Assembly: GCA_038087875.1 (NCBI GenBank)
Contig: CM075993.1
Location: forward strand, 10,108,001 to 10,172,000
DNA length: 64,000 bases
Direction: 5' to 3'
Source of the DNA: Malacoraja senta
Lineage: Eukaryota
Of the stretch, positions 1-12,311 are shown in pieces (within the stretch, counting starts at the first letter, position 1; every line of letters begins with the position of its first letter). The notes beneath the pieces are model-generated. The model was not told where the DNA came from and made no database searches. It saw only the letters and a list, made by a program, of their open reading frames with translations. The position numbers and the translations under genes were made by a program.

Positions 1-177
1 TAAATAGTCGGCATGTGGCCTAAAGACTCACCAGCACCTTCATAGTCTGACTGAACGCCTCTTCCACACACCAAACCACGCCACCTGTGGATTTAGTCAC
101 ATATGTCCAGGTTAGGTTAGAGATAACTAAACTGACTGTGGTGTAACTAGACCACATGGACACATACTGTAGATAAC

Positions 178-546
178 TAGAGGTGTACAAAATCATGAGA
201 GGAATAGATCGGGTAGACGCACAGATTCTCTTGCCCAGAGTAGGAGAATGGCGAACCAGAGGACATAGTTTTAAGGTAAGGGGGGGAAAGATTTAATAGG
301 AACCTGAGGGGTAACTTTTTCACACACAGGGTGGTGGGTGTATGGAACGAGCTTCCAAAGGAGGTAGTTGAGGCAGGAACTATCGCAACGTTTAAGAAAC
401 ATTTAGACAGGTACATGGATAGGACAGGTTTTGTGTCATATGTGGCCAAACACAGGCAGGTGGGACTAGTGTAGATGGGACATGTTAGTCGGTGTGAGCA
501 AGTTGGGCCGAAGGGCCAGTTTCCATGTTGGATGACTCTATGACTC
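178..546 (+). mobile_element. CR1 LINE 3' fragment
   Basis: EVYKIMRGIDRVDA.. region and tail gggccgaagggcc...gactctatgactc. Confidence 0.88.
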
Positions 547-1058
547 CACGACATACAGCATGAAAACAGGCACTTCAGCCCATCGAGTCCACATTGACCT
601 TCAATCGCCCCTTCAAGCCATTTCTCTGCTATCCCTCTTTCACATGTGCTCCCTGCACAAAGGCCAACCAACCTACAAAGCCGCACATCAGTGGCATGTG
701 GGAGGAGACTGAAGGAAACCCACACGATCACGGGGAGAACATGCAAACTCTACACAGACAGCATCCGAGGTCAGGATGGAATGTTTCTGACCCATGTTCG
801 CCGGAGACACTGCCTGACCAGCTGAGCTACTCCTGCACTTACAGCAGTGTTTTGTTCCCAGAAGCACATAACTGGCTGCTAGATCAATGCATGATCTAGT
901 TTCATGCATTCATTTTCCTTGATAAAATGTTTCAAATTTGCCGCCTATCCATGTGGATGTGCCATTTTTCCCCCCAATTAACATAACTCCCTTCCCCTTG
1001 AAGGGTTCGGAGTGCGAAAGGTCTGTGGAAATAAACACAATGAATTTTAAAATCTATG

Positions 1059-1240
1059 TGTATGAAGGGACTGCGGATGCTGGTTTAAACCAAAGATAGA
1101 CACAAAAGCTGGATTAACTCAACGGGACAGGCAGCATCTCTGGAGAGAAGGAATGGGTGACATTTCGGGTCTGAAGAAGGGTCTCGACCCACAACGTCAC
1201 CCATTCCTTCTCTCCAGAGATGCTGCCTGTCCCGCTGAGT
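1059..1240. mobile_element. Penelope-derived fold-back mini-element, subfamily A
   Basis: Arm ..gcagcatctctggagagaaggaatgggtgac and its reverse complement. Confidence 0.8.
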
Positions 1241-1518
1241 GATAGAATCGTGGAGTGATACAGATGTGGAAACAGTGATACAGATGTGGAAAGATGTGTC
1301 CATCTTTGGTTTTAAATCTATTCTTCTTATTCTGTTGCCTGTTATTTTTCCAGCACATTTCACATTCGGATCTGAAGGGCCGAGACGGGACTGGTGTACA
1401 AGAAGGCAGGTGCACGCAAGGTCAGGGCCGACCCCCCCCCCTCTGATCTCTCAACCCTCTGGAACTATCGTGTACAGGTGGCACAGCTGGTTGGAACTGC
1501 AGGGAAAGAGCGGCCTGC

Positions 1519-1550
1519 CTCTCTCTCTCTCTCTCTCTCTCCTCCTCCTC
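1519..1550. repeat. (CT)n/(CCT)n microsatellite
   Basis: Direct reading. Confidence 0.9.
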
Positions 1551-1999
1551 GTCATGTCCATCTGAGAACAGGCTGGATCGCTGATAGTTCCAGCATCTGC
1601 TCCCTCTGCTTGGAAACCCGAAGAGCAGGTGACCGACCGACCGACCGATCTTCACGTCAGCAGTGTTCCTGAACTACTCTCTTGAATTTCTCACTGAAGG
1701 CAGTGACAGTGAAGGGCATTCACTCCAGGAAGCACAGGCAGATTCTAGGGCTAAATCCTCTTTGTCAGTATTTTATATCACAACACACTTTGCCCTCTAC
1801 TGGGGTTTCAAGGAAACCTTTCTATATCCCCACTGTTTTGTAATCGCTTGCTGCAGATGTTTAGGGTATTAACTTTCATTCAGAGTTGTTTGTTGTAAAT
1901 CGCCGGTTTTGGTGATTCTTCATTGCAGCAGCTTCCTCATGGACTGTGCGACCAGTGTGTGTCCCTGCCCCCTCAACGCATCTCCCCTCGACACCTGAG

Positions 2000-2600
2000 T
2001 AGGAAGGAACTGCAGATTTAACTGCTGGTTTAAACTGAAGATGGAATCAAAAAATCTGGAGGGACTGAGCGGGTCAGGCAGCATCTCTGGAGAAGAGCAA
2101 TAGGTGACGTTTTCGGGTCGAGACCCTTCTTCAGACTGAGAGTCGGGGGGGAAAGGGAAACAAGAGATATAGACGGTGATGTAGAGAGATATAGAACAAT
2201 AGAATCAAAGAATTAACGATGATAAAGGCAAAAGGCCATTGTTAGCTGTGGCTAAAGTGAAAACTAGGTGCAAAGTAACCCTTGCATCCCCCCTCTCTCC
2301 ATCCATCCCCCACTCATGTCGTACCAGCTTCAAGTTGTCTTGTTGAATCTGACTGTCTATACTCGTTTCACCCGCCCACAGCTAACAATGGGCTGTTTAC
2401 TTGATCATCATTACTTTTTTGCACATCTTTCATTCATTTGTTCTATATCTCTCTCTACATCACTGTCTTTATCTCTCGTTTCCCTTTCCCCTGACTCAGT
2501 CAGTAAGAAGGGTCTCGACCCGAAATGTCACCTATTGCTCTTCTCCAGAGACGCCGCCTGGGCCGCTGAGTCACTCCACCTTTTCGTGTCCCCTCTACAC
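2000..2600. mobile_element. Penelope fold-back (two 3' ends tail-out)
   Basis: 2000-2265 is an inverted relative of about 2380-2600. Confidence 0.75.
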
Positions 2601-2910
2601 CTGTCTGTGTTTCACAACTCCTACAGGGACCCCCAGCGGTATAACTCAGTGGGCCGGTGGCAGGAAGACTGGGATCAGCCGCTGTGGCTGGGTCTGTGCT
2701 TGCGGCGGGTAGTTTGGGCTGTGCTTGGATCTGAAAGGGCCGGTGGGGGCGGGTGATCAAATACAGCACAGCGCCGTGCTACGGGGGGGGGGTTCATGGG
2801 TTACATTGCACCTAGTTCCCACCTGGGCCGCGGCTAACAATGACCTGTGTCCTTTATCATCGTTATGTTTTTGCATATCTTTCATTGTGTTACCGGCTAT
2901 TATCCCACGC

Positions 2911-2946
2911 CAGCGCAGCGCAGTGCCGTGCCGTGCCGTGCCGTGC
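2911..2946. repeat. (CAGCG)n(GTGCC)n microsatellite
   Basis: Direct reading. Confidence 0.8.
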
Positions 2947-3449
2947 TAGGAGGCTGGGGACCATTGTGTTACCGGCTATACTAACCCAGTCATCACCAAG
3001 CATGAATGAAACTTTCTGCCTCCCCCATTCTTTTCTAATTCCAGTATCAGAGAGGTACTGGAGCACAAGGACAATCACGTGGCTGTAACAGCCAGTGGAA
3101 GGGCTCTGTCATTACACTATTTGGACTCATTCTCATTGGGAGGATCGGTGATTTCTTGATTCCAGGTTGAATATTCTCTTTCATTTCCTTTCGGTTTTCT
3201 TGCAACTGAATGTAAGCAATTGATGTCGACTGATATCTCTGCGTCTATCCCCGTTGGAAACCTCTGGTTATATTTTGAATATATGGCTTTCCCATTGCTT
3301 GTTGTCTTAATAAATAAATGAAAGCAATCCGACTGCTCAAGCTGTGTCCACACACTGTACCACCATCCACAGTTCCATGCATCTACCATCCATTGTACTG
3401 TTACCACAGACTCACACATTCACTTCCATATTCCACACACTGCACCACA

Positions 3450-3700
3450 TCCACCTGGGCCTGGCTAAGATGGCCATTCGTGGGTCCAGGCAGCGGGTCG
3501 TCGATGGTCACACCAGAGTCGGCTGCCTGCCCCTCTTCCGGGCCTACATCCGTGCTCGCGTGTCCCTGGAGAGGGAACACGCGGCGTCCACGTGGACTCT
3601 AGACGCCTTCCGTGAACGCTGGTCGCCGCGGCATTTAAAGTATTTGAAATATTGTCTTTGTATTAAGCATGTTTTTATTTGACCCAAGGGCAATGGCTGC
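3450..3700 (+). mobile_element. Tx1-like LINE ORF2 C-terminal fragment
   Basis: LGLAKMAI..SRQR..CLPLFRAYIRARVSLEREHA..LDAFRERW. Confidence 0.7.
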
Positions 3701-4155
3701 CCCTTAGTGCACTGGTCTGAGATATCCACCGGGCTTCAGTAGACGCACTCTGGAGGCACACAAGAAATTGCAGATGCTAGGAATCTTGATCAAATTACAA
3801 AGTGCTGGAGGAACTCAGTGGGTCAGGCAGCCTCTGTAAAGGACAGTCTGAAGAAGGATCCCAAAACGTCACCTCCTCAGATGCTACTTGACCCGTTGAG
3901 TTCCTCCAGCACTTTGTGTTTTGAAGCACTTTCGGCACTGAGTTAGAATATCAGGGACAGACACAAAATATTCGAGTAACTCAGCTGGATAGGCAGTTTC
4001 TCTGGAGTGAAGGAAAGGGTGACGTTTCGGGTCGTGACCCTTCTTCACTATCAGGGAGTGAGTATCTAGTGCTGAGGGAGCTGGATCCCCTGGATACAAC
4101 CATGAACAGGAGCCCTTCCTGGTCTCTCCGATGCTCCCTCTGCAACTGGATGCTC

Positions 4156-4355
4156 NNNNNNNNNNNNNNNNNNNNNNNNNNNNNNNNNNNNNNNNNNNNN
4201 NNNNNNNNNNNNNNNNNNNNNNNNNNNNNNNNNNNNNNNNNNNNNNNNNNNNNNNNNNNNNNNNNNNNNNNNNNNNNNNNNNNNNNNNNNNNNNNNNNNN
4301 NNNNNNNNNNNNNNNNNNNNNNNNNNNNNNNNNNNNNNNNNNNNNNNNNNNNNNN
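4156..4355. other. Assembly gap (200 N)
   Basis: Run of exactly 200 N. Confidence 0.99.
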
Positions 4356-4687
4356 AGCAGATCAGTCACACGCCAGACCCCTGCCGTAATGTTGTTTAAA
4401 CAGGTTTCCTGAAACGTTTCTAAATCCAACATCGTTTCTTTGTGTGGCTGCCAAGAATAAAAACAGAACTTGTACCTTTGCCAAGTTAACTGCATGTTAG
4501 CTACGGTAGACCAGTATTAACCCGAGCGTAATGGGAAGTACTTGGCAAGCATGGCTTGCTTTATAAACATTGGTTTTCACATCACAATACATTAATGCAA
4601 TCTAGCAAGCACAGCCTTGTTAAGTTTCAAGATCGCAGGTTTCCCCACTGCATTTTTAATAATAGCGTTCTTTGTCGTTATCCAGAA

Positions 4688-5190
4688 AGAAACATAGAAA
4701 ATAGGTGGAGTAGGCCATTCGGCCCTTCGAGCCAGCGCCACCATTCAATATGATCATGGCTGAACATCCAAAATCAGTACCCCGTTCCTGCTTTCTCCCC
4801 ATATCCCTTGATTCCTTAGCCCTAAGAGCTAAATCTCTCTCTTGAAAAATCCAGTGAATTGGCCTCCACTGCCTTCTGTGGCAGAGAATTCCACAGATTC
4901 ACAACTTTGGGTGAAAAAGTTTTTCCTCTTCTCAGTCCTAAATGGCCGACCCCTTATTCTTAAACTGTGACCCCTGGTTCTGGACTCCCCCAACATGGGG
5001 ATCATTTTTCCTGCATTTCGCCAGTCCAATCCCAATCCCTTAAGAATTGTACATGTATCTATAAGATTCCCTCTCATCCTTCTAAATTCCAGTGAATGCA
5101 AGCCCAGTTGACCCATTCTTTCATCATATAACAGTCCTGCCAACCCGGGAATGAACCTGGTGAACCTACGCTGCACTCCTTCAATAACAG
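4688..5190 (-). mobile_element. CR1 LINE 3' fragment
   Basis: QRRFTRFIPGLAGL..SLEFRRMRG..ESRTRGHSLRIRG. Confidence 0.9.
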
Positions 5191-5361
5191 ATTGTCATCC
5201 TATAAACTGCTTAGACTGTTTAAGGGCCTGGTTGCCTAATTTAATAAATAGATTATATAATTAAAACTTCTGTGAAGTATTAAAGAGACCTAATTTTTTA
5301 ACTTTTTAAGAGTCATAGTCACAAAATAAGCACTGGTTTTCCCTACATTGAATCAGAATGT

Positions 5362-5712
5362 GAAGGCCTGGAGAGAGTTGATGTGGAGAGGATGTTTCCA
5401 CTAGTGGGAGAGTCTAAGGCCAGAGGGCACGGAATAAAAGGACGTACCTTTAGAATGGAGATGAGGAGGAATTTCTTTAGCCAGAGGGTGGCGAGTACAT
5501 GGAATTCAGCGCCGCAGCGGATGTTGAGGCTAAGTCAGTGGGTATTTTAAAAGCTGAGATCGACAAGTTCTCGATTAGTACAGGCATCAGGGGTTATTAG
5601 GAGAAGGCAGGAGAATGGGATTGAGAGGGAGAGATAGATCAGCCATGATTGAATGGCGGAATAGACTTGATGGGCCGAATGGCCCAATTCCTCACCTAGA
5701 ACGTATGAACAT
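5362..5712 (+). mobile_element. CR1 LINE 3' fragment (older)
   Basis: Homologous to 22070-22400. Confidence 0.8.
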
Positions 5713-5846
5713 GTTATGAGGAGCAGTCAGGTGAATGGGGCTAAAAGTAAAAGATAGATCATGCTCCTATGTCTTACGATGTTGGTTCAGTGGCAATATT
5801 CTATCCCAGTCTTGGGTAAAAATGCAAACAAGCATGGAAAGTCTTA

Positions 5847-6012
5847 AGGGCCTGTCCCACTTACGTGATTTTGTTCAGCGACTGCCGGCACCCGTCATAG
5901 TCACAGCGGGTCGCCGAAAATGTTCAACATGTTGAAAATCCAGCAGCGACCAGAAAAAGGTAACTCTTTGGGCGACTACTCACGACCATACAGGCGTCAC
6001 CCCGCAAGATCG
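5847..6012. mobile_element. Harbinger MITE left fragment
   Basis: tta-agggcctgtcccac start; similar to 19869-19960. Confidence 0.7.
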
Positions 6013-6038
6013 CTCAAACCAATCTTCTTTCCCTTGAA

Positions 6039-6263
6039 GGTAGAGAAAATTGCTGGAGAAACTCAGCGGGTGCGGCAGCATCTATGGAGCGAAGGAAATA
6101 GGGACGTTTCGTGCGGCAGCATCTATGGAGCGAAGGAAATAGGCGACGTTTCGTCCCGAAACGTCTCCTATTTCCTTCGCTCCATAGATGCTGCCGCACC
6201 CGCTGAGTTTCTCCAGCAATTTTCTCTACCTTTGATACTCCAGCATCTGCAGTTCCTTCTTCA
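6039..6263. mobile_element. Penelope-derived fold-back, subfamily B
   Basis: Inverted arms; degenerate direct repeat caa.cttctttccct.ga on both flanks. Confidence 0.8.
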
Positions 6264-6529
6264 ACCTTCTTTCCCTCGACTTCATTTACACTTCACGCTG
6301 CCTTGGCAAGGCCAGCAGCTTAATCAATGACCAGTCGCGCCCTTTACTGGACCTTATCTCACAGTAAACGTTATTCCCTTTAACGTATATCTGTACACTG
6401 TGGGCGGCACAATTGTAATCATGTACCGTCTTACTGCTGACTGGATAGCACACGACAATACCTGGTTAGACAGGACAATAAACTAGAATCTGACCATATG
6501 CTTAGACTTTGATGTACCGCAGAACCTGA

Positions 6530-7137
6530 CTATACGCACGACCAGAGATATCTTTGCGCCTGACTTACCTGTTTGCGGTCATCGGCGGTGAAGCGCGGCG
6601 TCGCCGGTCGAGGGGACCGCACGGCAACGGCGAGAGCGCCGAGCCTATCCACGGGAGCGCCGCACGGATGCTGCGCGGGGGCCGAGTAATTCAAATACGG
6701 CTGGTCCCACGTGCTTGCGGTAAGTAAAAAAAAGGGCGGGCCGACTGCGATGACGTCGGCCCGCCGCACGTGACTCACGAGCGGCGGCTGTGGCGGCGGC
6801 CGTCCTGATCGCGGCGCTGTAGCGGTGGCTGTGCCTGCGGCCGTGCCGCACACGTGCCTCACCGGCGGAGGCTGTGGCAGTGGAAGTTTGACGCACGGCG
6901 CTCGAGCCACACTGGCGGCAGCCCGTGCGGGCGGCCGTGCCGCACTCGTGCATCACCGGTGGAGGTTGTGCGGTAAGAATATAGTTTTCAACAGTGTAGG
7001 TTTTATTTTAGCACCGTGCGGTGTTGGGCACACCGCCGCACAGCCCCGGAATTGTGCGTTCTCACGAGTGCGCGGTCTATGGAAGCAGATTCTTCCCGTT
7101 TCGCTGCCAATGACCGCAGACTCGTGAGACAGGCCTT
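6530..7137. mobile_element. CpG-rich segment ending in a Harbinger-type TIR
   Basis: Right end gtgagacaggcctt followed by TTA (7124-7140); very high CpG density. Confidence 0.5.
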
Positions 7138-7529
7138 TTAGGTGCAATCCTCCCTTAAATAAACTACTATGATGATTGTTCGTCAAATGTACTGTTAGAA
7201 CTACCCTCATCTTGGTGAAAGGAACTATGTAAGTGAGGGTTCAAAATGTCCAGCAGAAAATGATCACATCACATTGTTACGCAGGCTTTACGCCTCCGCT
7301 TTCTGCCTCTCTGCCTCAGTGGTGGGAGAGTGGAGTGCAGTTCGCAGAGCAACACAGCCCTCTGAGTTTGCCAGACTCGTATCAGCAAACATGCCACCCC
7401 TGGCCAAAGCTCCAGAGATACCATCAGCCAGACTCTCTGCTTCTGCCAAACGTCGAGATCCAGCGTCATTTCAGACTCAAATGGTTAACATCTCTTTAAG
7501 TGAGGAAAAGGTCAATGTTAAAATCTTTT

Positions 7530-7965
7530 GTGTAGGAAGGAACTGCAGATGCTGGTTTACACCGAAGATACACAAAATGCTGGAGTAACTCAACGGGACA
7601 GGCAGCATCTCTGGAGATAAGGAATGGGTGACGTTTCTGGTCGAGACCCGTAAGGGGCTCGACCCGAAACGTCACCCATTCCTTCTCGCCAGAGACAGAG
7701 GCAGAAAACTGAGGCATAAAGCCTGTGTAACAATGTGATGTGATCATTCCTTCTCTCCAGAGGTGCTGCCTGTCCCGCTGAGTTACCCCAGCATTTTGTG
7801 TCTACCTTCAATTTAAACCGGCATCTGCAGTTCTTAACCTTTCTTCAGATTACCCAAAACGTCATCCATTCCTTCTCTCCAGAGATGCTGCCTGTCCCGC
7901 TGAGTTACCCCAGCATTTTGTGTCTATCTTCGGTGTAAACCAGCATCTGCAGTTCCTTCTAACAC
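7530..7965. mobile_element. Penelope-derived fold-back, subfamily A, with an extra arm and a templated insertion
   Basis: Inverted arms. Confidence 0.8.
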
Positions 7966-8071
7966 ATTTCACCTGCTGTTGCGGATAGCACGCATCCTTC
8001 CACAGAAACGTATGTGGAAACCAGCAAGCCCTGGCTTTGAAGAGACGATGCATATCATACAGTCAATGGAG

Positions 8072-8533
8072 AAGTCAAGTCAAGTCACTTTTATTTCTAT
8101 AGCACATTTAAAAAACAACTCTCGTTGGCCAAAGTGCTTTACATTGGTGGAGGTACTAACGTTATACAACATTGGTTCATAGATTAAGTACATACATAAA
8201 TACAAACATATAGCCCTCCCTCAGAGGACGTCAAGAAAGGCTTGAGAGTAAAGATGAGTTTTAAGTCTCGACTTAAAAGAGTCGATGGAGGGGGCGGTTC
8301 TGATGGGAAGAGGGATGCTGTTCCACAGTCTAGGAGCTGCAACCGCAAAGGCGCGGTCGTCCCTGAGCTTATGCCGGATGTTCAGTAACCCCAAGTCGGC
8401 CGATCTGAGGGACCTGGAGGTGGTGTGGTGGGTAAGCAGACTTTTGATGTAGGTGGGGGCAAGCCCGTTAAGGGCTTTGTAGACATAAAGAAGGATCTTG
8501 ACATTTATTTGGAACGGCACAGGGGAGCCAGTG
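8072..8533 (-). mobile_element. L2-clade LINE 3' fragment
   Basis: KILLYVYKALNGLAPTY..RSLRS..DRAFAVAAPRLWNS..FKSRLKTHL; L2-type tail gtaaagcacttt...tgctatagaaataaa(gtgactt)n. Confidence 0.9.
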
Positions 8534-8974
8534 CACCTCCACTCGCTCTCACCATTAAATTATTTTTTCATACATACATGCACTGGTAGCGATAAACGCC
8601 GCTAATTTACAATTTTCCCCCACAACGCTTGGACTAATACCAATTTAGTTTGCTTTTGAAGGGATGTCTCCTGTAGATCGTAGAAGCCATGTATAACCAT
8701 GAATCGATCGATCTTCCCAAACAGTTCACAGGGAAGGTTTCTTCACTAACTGGGTCATGAAGAAAAATGAGCCCCTGCATTTTTTAATTAAGAAGTTTCT
8801 TGAAGCGATTAGTCATCGAAAGCTGACGATGGCTCATTACCCACATTACACAGAATCTTGCAGTCGTCACACATTATTAACCTCAAACAAAGAAATCGCT
8901 TGCAACCCAGTCAGGCAACACTATGCGCTGGATTAACTCAGCGGCTCAGGCAGCATTTCTGGAGAAAAGGAATA

Positions 8975-9007
8975 GGTGACGTTTCGGGTCGAGACCCTTC
9001 TTCAGAC
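8975..9007 (-). ncRNA. Minimal hammerhead ribozyme motif, sense to dapk2 pre-mRNA
   Basis: Minus strand gtCTGAAGAaGGGTctcgACCCGAAACGTCacc. Confidence 0.7.
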
Positions 9008-9180
9008 ACCAGCTGACTGACCAACCTCTCCTGCAGCTGCCATGGCCAAAGAAATCAATCTCAGCAAAAATATTTTTGTGATGAAGTTCTCAAAGTACAG
9101 AATTCCATTTACATGATAAATTTCTGAATACTTTGAATGGAGAGGGAGAGGAGCGAGAATACGTTCACCACCCAATTATC

Positions 9181-9683
9181 TTCCGAGATTTACTGCAAAG
9201 AAAATCAATGAGATTCCTTGCAGCTGATCAACTAGATCGACTGATCTAGCTTCCTTGTAGCTGACCAACTAGATCGACTAGATCGACTGATCTAGCTTCC
9301 TTGCAGCTGATCAACTAGATCGACTGATCTAGCTTCCTTGTGACTGACCAACTAGATCGACTAGATCGACTGATCTAGCTTCCTTGTAGCTGATCAACTA
9401 GATCGACTGTACACAAAAATGCTGGAGAAACTCAGCGGGTGCAGCAGCATCTATGGAGCGAAGGAAATAGGCAACGTTTCAGCCCGAAACCTGGCCTATT
9501 TCCTTCGCTCCATAGATGCTGCTGCACCCGCTGAGTTTCTCCAGCATTTTTGTGTACCTTCAATTTTCCAGCATCTGCAGTTCCTTCGTTAAAACTAGAT
9601 CGACTGATCTAGCTTCCTTGTAGCTGATCAAGCTGATCAACTAGAAGGAATCTCATTGATTTACTTTGCAGTAAATCTCGGAA
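9181..9683. repeat. 39-bp inverted repeats enclosing a 37-46-bp tandem array rich in GATC/CTAG/AGCT/TCGA
   Basis: 9181-9219 is the reverse complement of 9645-9683 (1 mismatch); unit gcagctgatcaactagatcgactgatctagcttcctt. Confidence 0.85.
9410..9592. mobile_element. Penelope-derived fold-back, subfamily B
   Basis: Inverted arms; aactagatcgactg at 9396-9409 and 9593-9606. Confidence 0.85.
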
Positions 9684-10099
9684 AATTTGACTTGTAAAAG
9701 TATCATTAATAGCGATACACCTGCCAGTTACACGTCATTCAAGAGTCAAGATCGTTTGTCTGTCATATTCACCAAGAATGGAACAATAAAATTATTACTT
9801 GTTGCAGCCTTACAACCACACAATAAATAATCAACAAATTAACAAATTATATCATAACCCTCGTAACCAGGCATAAGAATGCAAACAGACCACAAGCTGA
9901 ACATGACCTGCATGTGTTGCCTTGTAGGAGTGGAAGGTGCAGAAATGTAGACACGCTAGACTGCACTCTGAAAATTCATCTAACTGAGAAAAGATATTTG
10001 AAGATGGGGGTCTCGACCTGAAACGTCACCCATTCCTTCTCTCCAGAGACGCAGCCTGTCCCTCTGAGTTACTCCAGCTTTTTGTGTCTATCTTCAGAA

Positions 10100-10640
10100 A
10101 AGATGTTGGAAAGGGTACAGAGAAGATTTACAGGGATGTTGCCAGGGCTAGAACTGTAGGGGAAGGTGGAGTAGGCTGGGACTCCATTCCTTGGAGCGTA
10201 GGAGGATGAGGGGTGATCTTATCGAGGTGTAGAAAATCATGAGAGGAATAGATCGGGTAGATGAACAGAGTCTCTTGCCCAGAGTAGGGGAATCGAGGAC
10301 CAGAGGACATAGGTTTAACGGCGAAGGGGAAAAGATTTAATAGGAATCTGAGGCGTAACGTTTTCACACAAAGGGTTGTGGGTGTATGGAATGAGCTGCC
10401 AGAGGAGGTAGTTCAGGCACGGACTATCCCAACATTTAAGAAATAGTTAGACAGGTACATGGATAGCCCAGGTTTGTAGGGAAATGAGCCAAATGCGGGC
10501 AGGTGAGACGCGTGTAGCTGGGTCACATTGGCCAGTGTGGGCAATTTAGACAATAGACAATAGACAATAGGTGCAGGAGTAGGCCTGCAATGTGATCATG
10601 GCTGAATTTGGGCCGAAGGGCCTGTTTCCACACTGTAGTT
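10100..10640 (+). mobile_element. CR1 LINE 3' fragment with a short inverted CR1 tail inserted at about 10547-10605
   Basis: Homology to 178-546 and 58958-59565. Confidence 0.85.
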
Positions 10641-10902
10641 AGTCGTTAGTTTAATCCACTGATACGAGCTGGTTTACTCAGGGGTGTTTGGATCCGAAGC
10701 CTTCAGTCCTCATCCCCTGCTGATGTACACACCATGGTGACTCAGGACACTGAACTCCAAGCAATGCTCGCAGTCATTCACACATCTCCAATTGCTCCTT
10801 GCGTTTGGTGCTTCCCAATTTAGAACTGGTCCACCAATGACACAATAACTACGACAATAACCCCACTCCAGGCTCCCACGGAACTCACACAAACCTATGG
10901 GG

Positions 10903-11610
10903 ATGGACACAAAATGCTGGAGTAACTCAGCAGGACAGGCAGCATCTCTGGAGATAAGGAATGGGTGACGTTTCGGGTTGAGACCCTTCTTCCGACCGAG
11001 AGTCAGATGAGAGGGACGCACAGAGATAAGGAAGGGCAAGGTGTGAAAACAAGACATCAAGGGAGATGCAGCTCAAGGAAAATGTAGAATAGATAATTGT
11101 TAGCGAGGAGACGGTGACAACGAGGCATACAAAGATGAAATGTAATCAGAGGGACAGTCAGACTGGTTGGAGAACTATGGAAGGGGAGGGATGGAGAGAG
11201 AGAAGGAAATCAAGAGTTACTTGAAGTTAGAGAAGTCAATGTTCATACCGCTGGGGTGTAAGCTGCCCAAGCGAAATATGAGGTGCTGTTCTTCCAATTT
11301 GCACTGGGCGACACTCTGACAATGGAGGAGGCCCAGGACAGAAAGGTCAGTGTGGGAATGGGTGGGGGGGGGGGTTAAAGTGCTCTGCCCCTCCCCCACC
11401 CGAGTCGTCCTGCCAGTTCCACTGTTTACATCCATACATCCCTTCGTTATCACATCTTCCACAGCCAACAATGGGCCATTGTGGGCTCCACCATCCCTTG
11501 GTCATTGGTGCCGGCTCGGATTCGTTCTCAACCTTTTCATGCCTCTAGTTTCCCTCTCCCCTGACTCTCAGTCTCAGTCATCTATTCCTTTGCTCCAGAG
11601 GGGCTGCCTG
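10903..11610 (-). mobile_element. Penelope-like element fragments in inverted arrangement
   Basis: Minus strand SHSHTDLSVLGLLHCQS..RLGSLHPSGMNIDFSNFK*; plus-strand 3' UTR follows at 11385-11610. Confidence 0.8.
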
Positions 11611-11611
11611 A

Positions 11612-11930
11612 CCCGGGTAGATGCACAGAGTCTCTTCCCCAGAGTAGGTGAATCGAGGACCAGTGGACAAAGGTTCAAGGTGAAGGGGAAAAGATTCAAT
11701 ACACCCACCACACAAAGGGTGGTGGGTGTATGGAACAAGCTGCCGGAGGAGGTAGTTGAGGCTGGGATTAACCCAACGTTTAAGAAAGAGTTAGTCAGGT
11801 ACATGGATATGACAGGTTTGGAGGGATATGGACCAATTGCAGGCAGTTGGGACTAGTGTAGCTGGGACATGTTGGCCGGTATGGGCAAGTTGGGCCGAAG
11901 GGCCTGTTTCCACACTGTATCACTCTATGA
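11612..11930 (+). mobile_element. CR1 LINE 3' fragment
   Basis: RVDAQSLFPRVGESRT..VVGVWNKLPEEVVEAG. Confidence 0.85.
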
Positions 11931-11991
11931 CCCGCTGAGTTACTCCAGTATTTTGTTTCTATCTTCAGGTTACAGACACCAGGACTACTTA

Positions 11992-12311
11992 AACCCCTGT
12001 CCCACTGTACGAGTTCATTCCAAGAGCTCTCCAGAGTTTGCCCTGATTCGAACTCGGAGATTTACGGTAATGGCCACTCGTCGGTACTCGGGGCTCTCGT
12101 GGACATTTTTCATCATGTTGAAAAATCTTCACGAGTCTTCCCGTGCTTACCTGCCGTTAGCGAGTCTTCCCGAGTACCTGCCGTTAGCGCTAAGAGACGT
12201 CCCCGAGCTCCGACGTACCCGCTACGTTCATTCTCCGTGCTTACCACGAGTTTGATTTTTTTTAAACTCGGGAGAGCTCTTGGAATGAACTCGTACCGTG
12301 GGACAGGGCTA
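11992..12311. mobile_element. PIF/Harbinger-type MITE
   Basis: TIRs of about 40 bp (ccctgtcccac.gtacgagttcattccaagagctctcc), TTA on both sides. Confidence 0.88.

Noticed and set aside
3045..3170. Possible plus-strand exon after ttttctaattccag
   Set aside because: No recognisable protein in any frame and no convincing donor.
3884..4495. ORFs spanning N runs (also 48615-48970)
   Set aside because: Artefacts of translating assembly gaps.
5847..7140. Single large Harbinger element from the left TIR at 5847 to the right TIR at 7137
   Set aside because: The termini match for only about 14 nt and the subterminal sequences belong to different families.
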